Shown piece after piece: positions 58,514 to 64,000 of a DNA stretch of 64,000 bases; position 1 is the stretch's first letter; every line of letters starts with the position of its first letter. The stretch covers positions 408,983 to 472,982 of the forward strand of contig JBMOPW010000014.1 in NCBI GenBank assembly GCA_049322915.1. Direction: 5' to 3'. The position numbers and the translations under genes were made by a program. Origin of the DNA: Candidatus Zhuqueibacterota bacterium. GTDB taxonomy: Bacteria > Zhuqueibacterota > Zhuqueibacteria > Thermofontimicrobiales > Thermofontimicrobiaceae. Below the pieces are notes generated by a model, which saw nothing but the letters and a program-made list of their open reading frames with translations, ran no database searches and had not been told where the DNA came from.

Positions 58514-59503
58514 ATGATGCGAAATGCGAGGATTATTTCGACAGCGATGTACGCGCCGGACACAGTGATTCCCAATCAATATTTCAACGACCTGTTGGGT
58601 GAAGACGTCGACTCGTGGCTTGTTGAAAATTTAACCATACGCGAACGCCGCTGGTGCCGGGTTGATGAAAGCACCGCGGATCTGGCTTATTTTGCCGGTA
58701 AGAAGGCAATCGAAAACGCAGGTCTCCTGCCGAACGATGTGGATTTAATCATCATTTCGACGGATACGCCTGAATATATTTCGCCCAGTACCGCTGCCGT
58801 GGTTCAACATCGGTTGGGGGCGCAACGGGCAGGCACATTTGACGTCAATACCGCCTGCGCCGGGTTTGTGACAATCCTGGATATGGCAGCTAAATATATC
58901 CGCTCGGACGAACAATACACCACGGTGCTGGTCATTGGCGCTTATGCCATGTCCAAGTATCTGAATATGTCCGATAAGAAAACGGCGACGCTCTTTGCCG
59001 ATGGCGCCGGCGCGGCTGTGCTCCAGGCGACAACAGAGGACTGCGGATTTTTAGGATCACTGTTGCACACCGAGGGCCAGTATCACGATTGGATGGGCAT
59101 TTATGGCGGCGGCACGAAAATGCCAGTGTCCCGGGACGTCATTCAGAATAAGGATCACCTGCTCAAATTTGTAAAAAAATTTCCCAAGGAAATTAATCCA
59201 ACGACCTGGATGCGCATGATCAGCGAACTGGTAACGAAGCAGGGATTGACCACGCGCGACATTGATATGGTATTTCTCACTCAAATTAATATAAATAGCA
59301 TCCGCGAAACGCTTGACAATCTTGGATTATCCATGAAGAATACGCATACGGTGATGGATCGGTACGGCTACACCGGATCTGCCTGTATTCCCATGGCCTT
59401 AGCAGAAGCGGTGGCATTAGGAAAAGTAAAGAAAAATGATTTGATAATTTTCATGGGGTCTGGCGGTGGTTTAGCTTTTGCGACGGCTGCGTTTCGCTGG
59501 TAA
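58514..59503 (+). CDS. Ketoacyl-ACP synthase III (FabH)-like condensing enzyme
   Basis: ACAGF catalytic Cys, LFADGAGA; TQIN and GYTGSA replace HQAN and GNTS. Confidence 0.85.
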   Translation: MMRNARIISTAMYAPDTVIPNQYFNDLLGEDVDSWLVENLTIRERRWCRVDESTADLAYFAGKKAIENAGLLPNDVDLIIISTDTPEYISPSTAAVVQHRLGAQRAGTFDVNTACAGFVTILDMAAKYIRSDEQYTTVLVIGAYAMSKYLNMSDKKTATLFADGAGAAVLQATTEDCGFLGSLLHTEGQYHDWMGIYGGGTKMPVSRDVIQNKDHLLKFVKKFPKEINPTTWMRMISELVTKQGLTTRDIDMVFLTQININSIRETLDNLGLSMKNTHTVMDRYGYTGSACIPMALAEAVALGKVKKNDLIIFMGSGGGLAFATAAFRW

Positions 59504-59537
59504 CAATTCATTTACCAAGAATATAGAGGATAGTATC

Positions 59538-61058
59538 ATGACCGATTTGGCCTCTCAAGAAATGGTGATAGCGGGATGGGTCATTCTCCTGGTTTATATG
59601 GGAGTCATACTCTTTTTTGTCACTCGTGGCGCCCGCAAAACTTCCTCCATGGCCGATTATGCTGTCGGCAGTATTGCGTTCTCACCTGTGGTTGTGGGTT
59701 TATCGCTGGCAGCTTCGATGACCAGCGCAGCAACGTTTATCATTAATCCCGGTTTTATCGCACTCTATGGCCTCAGCGGTGTTATCTCGTATGTCATTGT
59801 ATTGCCGGCAGCCGCACTTACGTCTTTGGCGATCCTGTCCAAAGGCTTTCGGAAACATGGCAAAGCAGTAAAAGCGCTCACTCTGGCGCAGTGGATGGGA
59901 ACCCGCTACAACAGCTCTGGCTACGCCCTCTTCTTCGGTTTCCTTTCGTTCCTACTTATCACGTTCATCGTGCTCATTTGCGTGGGATTAACCCAAATCA
60001 TCTCAAAGACACTCAATGCCAGTGAGACCACTGTCCTGGTTGCGATTGCCATTTTTATCTTTGGCTACATGATGTTCGGCGGCGCTAATTCCATGGTTTA
60101 CACAAACACGGTACAGGCAATTTTGATGCTGATTGTTGCAGTCATCTTGATCGGATCCGGCTACGAGCATTTCAGCGAAGGCGTGCATGGATTCCTCGAT
60201 AAACTCAAGGCCATCGATCCAAAGCTGATTGGATGGACCAATGATAGCAGTTTTCTGTTCCGCGATTTTTTTGAAATTGTCATCGCCCAGATCATTGTTG
60301 GCGTAGCCATTGTGTGTCAACCTCATATTATCACGCGCTCGCTTTTACTCAAAACAGACAAAGATGTCAATAAATACCTGGTAGTGGGAATCGTAGCTGA
60401 AGTCATCTTTTTCACGGTGGTCGCAACCGGACTGTATGCCCGACTTGAATTCCCGGATTTGACAGTCAATGGCGTTCCGCTTAAATTGGATAGCATCGTT
60501 TCCGCCTATGTGGTCAAAGAATTTCCAGTGTATATCGGGATGGTCCTGGTCCTGGGACTTATCTCGGCCGGGCTATCGACGCTGGAGTCGCTGATTCAAA
60601 GCCTGTCCACGACAATCACAGCCGACGTCATCAAGCCACTCTTCGGGCGATATTTTCCGAAAGATAAGAAGAAGAATGAAAAATTTAATGTGATGCTCAA
60701 TCGGTTAGTGATCGCCGTTATGGCGGTGTTGGCCATTTTCATCTCCCACGATCAGTTGGTTAATCCAAAATTGAGCGTGGGCATCTTTGCTCAAAACGGT
60801 GTGTACGCCTACTTCGCCGCTGCCTTTGTGCCCATCATTTTTGGAATGTTCTTAAAAAATGTGCCCAAAAGCGCGCCGATTGCAGCATCGATCACAGCCG
60901 TCATCGTTCATTTCATCATGTACTACGGAAAGGTGACTGTCCCATTCTCGAAATCCACCGGCGAAAATCCCGGCGTAGCCGCCGGGGTGGCCATACTTTC
61001 GTCCATTCTTGTGGGCTGGATTTTTTATATTATTTCGGAGAAGAAGCATCGTGCATAA
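59538..61058 (+). CDS. Sodium:solute symporter (PanF-like)
   Basis: About 13 TMs, SAATF..NPG, QPH, SAGLST; GAGGA RBS. Confidence 0.85.
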   Translation: MTDLASQEMVIAGWVILLVYMGVILFFVTRGARKTSSMADYAVGSIAFSPVVVGLSLAASMTSAATFIINPGFIALYGLSGVISYVIVLPAAALTSLAILSKGFRKHGKAVKALTLAQWMGTRYNSSGYALFFGFLSFLLITFIVLICVGLTQIISKTLNASETTVLVAIAIFIFGYMMFGGANSMVYTNTVQAILMLIVAVILIGSGYEHFSEGVHGFLDKLKAIDPKLIGWTNDSSFLFRDFFEIVIAQIIVGVAIVCQPHIITRSLLLKTDKDVNKYLVVGIVAEVIFFTVVATGLYARLEFPDLTVNGVPLKLDSIVSAYVVKEFPVYIGMVLVLGLISAGLSTLESLIQSLSTTITADVIKPLFGRYFPKDKKKNEKFNVMLNRLVIAVMAVLAIFISHDQLVNPKLSVGIFAQNGVYAYFAAAFVPIIFGMFLKNVPKSAPIAASITAVIVHFIMYYGKVTVPFSKSTGENPGVAAGVAILSSILVGWIFYIISEKKHRA

Positions 61059-62568
61059 TTTCGAAATCGACTGGGTCAAAAAATGGGCGAAATACACGCC
61101 TAACCGGATGGCGCTTCGGGAGCATCAGCGCGATTTGCAGTGGAGCTATGCTGAATTGAACCAGCGTGTGAATGCGCTGGCCCGCTTTCTCCGTGATCAT
61201 CTGCATATCCAGAAAGGGGATAGAATTGCAGTCTATTCAAAAAACAGAGCGGAGTATGTGTTCCTGTTCTGGGCCTGTGTCAAAACCGGCGCGATCCTGG
61301 TGCCACTGAATTTCCGGCTGACGGCGATGGAACTTGTCGGACTGTTGCGCAACGCTGAGCCTGCGCTATTCATTTTCGAACAGGATCTTGACGAGCGCGT
61401 GCAGCAGCTTCAGTCGCTGTGGCAGTTTCCTGCAGCTATGGAAATTTCGTCATTGACGTCATTTTTGACTGACGCGATTTCTGCGGATCAGCCCATTGCC
61501 AGCGAGCCAGGATCGCTGGAGGACATTGTCATGATCCTGTATACCGCCGGCACAACGGGCGTGCCCAAAGGCGCCAAGATCAATTTTCGCATGTTGCTGT
61601 GGAATTCAATCAACACTGGTCTACGGCTCGATATTACGTCATCCGATCATACCCAAAGTTTTGCACCGTTTTTTCATACCGGCGGCTGGAACGTACTGCT
61701 CACGCCGTTCTTCCATCACGGTGCCTCCCATACATTACTCAACAGTTTTAACGCGGATCTGATTTTGGAATTGATGGAAAAAGAGAGGACAACACTGCTG
61801 TTTGGCGTGCCGACCATGCTGCAAATGATGGCGGATTCCCCATTATTCAGGACAATCGATCTGTCGTCGGTTCGGTACGCCATTGTCGGCGGCGCTCCCA
61901 TGCCCATTCCTCTGATCAATATCTGGCATGACAAAGGCGTTCGCATCCGCCAGGGATATGGCCTCACAGAGGTGGGCCCCAATGTGTTTTCACTGCATCA
62001 GGATGACGCGGTGCGAAAAAAAGGATCGATTGGTTTCCCCAATTTTTATATGGAGACGAAGGTCGTCAACGACCAGCGGCAGGAATGCGGCGACAATGAA
62101 GTAGGCGAGCTCTGGCTGAAATCACCGGTGGTGACGCCGGGCTACTGGCGAAAGGAAGATGAGACAAACGAGGCGATCACGGACGGTTGGTTTCATACCG
62201 GGGATATGGTTCGCCGGGATGAAGACGGGTATTTTTTTGTTGTGGATCGAAAGAAAAATATGTTCATCAGCGGCGGCGAGAATGTTTATCCCGCGGAAAT
62301 CGAGCGCGTTCTGGAGGCTTACCCTGGCGTTAAAGAGGTCGCTGTGATTGGAGTGCCCGATGAAAAGTGGGGGGAAGTCGGATGCGCATTCATCGTTGCC
62401 GAACAGAAGGGTGGCTTTGCCGAGAAGGAAATTTGGGAGTTCTGTCAGGACAAACTTGCAAAATTTAAAATTCCCAAATATGTGAGATTTATTAATCAAT
62501 TACCCCGGAATGATGCCGGAAAGGTCGACAGAAACGACCTGAAGAAAAAATTCACTTTAACTAAATGA
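61051..62568 (+). CDS. Acyl-CoA synthetase / AMP-binding enzyme (MenE/FadD-like)
   Basis: YTAGTTGVPKG, GYGLTE, WFHTGD, SGGENVYPAEIE, GKV; GTG start at 61051. Confidence 0.9.
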   Translation: MHNFEIDWVKKWAKYTPNRMALREHQRDLQWSYAELNQRVNALARFLRDHLHIQKGDRIAVYSKNRAEYVFLFWACVKTGAILVPLNFRLTAMELVGLLRNAEPALFIFEQDLDERVQQLQSLWQFPAAMEISSLTSFLTDAISADQPIASEPGSLEDIVMILYTAGTTGVPKGAKINFRMLLWNSINTGLRLDITSSDHTQSFAPFFHTGGWNVLLTPFFHHGASHTLLNSFNADLILELMEKERTTLLFGVPTMLQMMADSPLFRTIDLSSVRYAIVGGAPMPIPLINIWHDKGVRIRQGYGLTEVGPNVFSLHQDDAVRKKGSIGFPNFYMETKVVNDQRQECGDNEVGELWLKSPVVTPGYWRKEDETNEAITDGWFHTGDMVRRDEDGYFFVVDRKKNMFISGGENVYPAEIERVLEAYPGVKEVAVIGVPDEKWGEVGCAFIVAEQKGGFAEKEIWEFCQDKLAKFKIPKYVRFINQLPRNDAGKVDRNDLKKKFTLTK

Positions 62569-62581
62569 AGGAGGATGTTCC

Positions 62582-63073
62582 ATGAAACGTTTATTGGTGG
62601 TACTATTCATTTTCGTCGGTCTTTTTGGGATTATATCCTGCGATAAAGACGACGACAGCAGCACCACGCCAGATCCTGTCGATGAATGGATTGGCACCTG
62701 GTTGAGCGCCGGCGCGAACGTAGCGCCGATTCTCATCGCTGTATTTCAGTATGACAGCGTGAAAGTCGAGTTCAAAGACAACAGTACAATTACCCTCAAA
62801 TCGCATGTGACGAATGGCGCGTGGACGACCACGGAAGGCACCTACACCATCACCAAAGCCACGTCTGGCACGGTTCACACGGCAAAATTTGTCTACCCCG
62901 CATTTGAGCAGGAAGGCATTATTGAAATTACTGCTGGAACTCCGTCGACCATGAAGCTGGAAGTTGTGCAGACGATACCGAACATCGGAGCAACGCCGCG
63001 CACACCAGCAACTGGTTTTGGATCCGATCCGGCTTTGGGCACAGCTAATATTCAGAAGTACATCAAATTGTAA
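62582..63073 (+). CDS. Hypothetical lipoprotein
   Basis: Signal peptide with IISC lipobox followed by DKDDD; GGAGG RBS. Confidence 0.8.
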   Translation: MKRLLVVLFIFVGLFGIISCDKDDDSSTTPDPVDEWIGTWLSAGANVAPILIAVFQYDSVKVEFKDNSTITLKSHVTNGAWTTTEGTYTITKATSGTVHTAKFVYPAFEQEGIIEITAGTPSTMKLEVVQTIPNIGATPRTPATGFGSDPALGTANIQKYIKL

Positions 63074-63085
63074 TGCTAATTCCGC

Positions 63086-63116
63086 CTGATGCCACCGCTA
63101 TATGCGATGGCATCAG
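63086..63116 (+). terminator. Intergenic hairpin (terminator or mRNA-stabilising stem)
   Basis: ctgatgcca...tggcatcag inverted repeat, weak T-tract. Confidence 0.45.
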
Positions 63117-63146
63117 TCACTTTCACTCTAAGAGAAGAGTAATTGT

Positions 63147-64000
63147 ATGAAGACCTTATTTTCCATCATAGCCTTGATTTTGTTGGGCGCATTTTTTCTT
63201 CAGGCTCAGACTGCCGATGCGTTTGTTGAAGAAAAAGTGAAAGAGAATAAGAAAGAATTCACCTTCATCGGCTACTATTTTATGCGCTCGGAGCAATCCA
63301 ACGTGGCCCCGACCAACGAATTCCTGAAAGGCCAGGTCGTCGGCCGGTTATTTGGAGGGAATACAACCAGAACTTCAAACGCGCAGTCAAGTTTTACAGA
63401 GCAGCGATTCATGCCGATGATCACCTACACGCCCCGTCTGTTCGACGGTTGGGCAAAAATGCGCATGAGCTTTGAATTCGATTGGACCTGGGGCGATGCC
63501 AATTACGGCGCTGGCGGAAATTTTGGCGGTGCATTTGCCGCTGATTTTGTCAACATGCAAACGCAAAATCTGTTCATCGAATTCAGACCGAATAAAACAC
63601 TCTTTGTCAATGCCGGATTGACCCGGCTGTACGATAACGTCAATGTTCCTTATTACACGGTGACGAGTATGTTGCTCAATACCGGGTACCGCCTCTCGTT
63701 CTGGGGATCGGATGCCACAGGCCTGGCAGTTCATAAAATGTTCGCCAATAAGCGCATGAAATTCGGCGCCTACCAGCTCTATGAAAACAATGTGGAACAG
63801 AAGGATGACGTTTCCCTGGTGGAGGCCATGTTCGAATATGACCTCGATATTGTTCATACCGTCGGCCTCTCATTCTGGCATGTGCGGGATCGAGCCAGTG
63901 GAGAAGGCGGCGTCTCGATTCTCGGCCAGGGATTAAATTCTGGCTTGTCCAACTATAACGGTGTCTTCAATTTTAATTTTGGCAACGAATCATACAAAGC
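63147..64000 (+). CDS. Secreted / probable outer-membrane protein (3-prime truncated by window edge)
   Basis: MKTLFSIIALILLGAFFLQA signal peptide; aromatic-rich beta-strand-like sequence (MSFEFDWTWGD); frame appears open to the window end, hence absent from the ORF track. Confidence 0.65.
   Translation, partial: MKTLFSIIALILLGAFFLQAQTADAFVEEKVKENKKEFTFIGYYFMRSEQSNVAPTNEFLKGQVVGRLFGGNTTRTSNAQSSFTEQRFMPMITYTPRLFDGWAKMRMSFEFDWTWGDANYGAGGNFGGAFAADFVNMQTQNLFIEFRPNKTLFVNAGLTRLYDNVNVPYYTVTSMLLNTGYRLSFWGSDATGLAVHKMFANKRMKFGAYQLYENNVEQKDDVSLVEAMFEYDLDIVHTVGLSFWHVRDRASGEGGVSILGQGLNSGLSNYNGVFNFNFGNESYK

Noticed and set aside
1..64000. tRNA, rRNA, transposase, integrase or prophage genes
   Set aside because: None recognised in the ORF track or intergenic regions.

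Overview
Bacterial genomic window with six blocks. An FCB-group/KSB1-like origin is inferred from the PorZ-like propeller protein and gene style and was not verified. (1) 1-13.3 kb is housekeeping: PorZ-like propeller, recN, CpoB/YbgF-like TPR protein, dnaE, Yip1 protein, amidohydrolase and MoeB/ThiF, with intergenic palindromic repeats. (2) 13.9-16.6 kb (minus strand) is an ECF-type sigma factor / zinc anti-sigma / TM-TPR module, followed by a 78-aa DUF1858-like gene absent from the ORF track because it has an in-frame UGA in a CxxU motif (probable selenoprotein). (3) 17.1-40.8 kb is an 18-gene Wzx/Wzy-type exopolysaccharide locus with unusual members: a kinase-less co-polymerase ending in LysM+SPOR, an apparently circularly permuted deacetylase, a PSD-like decarboxylase, a Tat DUF362 protein and a B12 radical SAM. 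(4) 40.7-44.9 kb is a Tat-exported PaoABC-like molybdoenzyme. (5) 45.1-56.6 kb is the best candidate for an undescribed system. This 11-gene minus-strand cluster has six radical SAM enzymes, one or two PqqD/RRE-like proteins, a U32-like Fe-S protein and two Tat-exported 7-bladed WD40 proteins. The WD40 proteins share an N-terminal leader-like motif and Cys-rich tails ending in SCGYWYPN, suggesting RiPP-style modification of propeller-fused core peptides. (6) 57.2-64 kb is a GbsR/MarR-regulated FabG/FabH/SSS transporter/acyl-CoA ligase/lipoprotein/outer-membrane protein operon with a visible repeated operator. All family calls come from motif recognition, not database searches.
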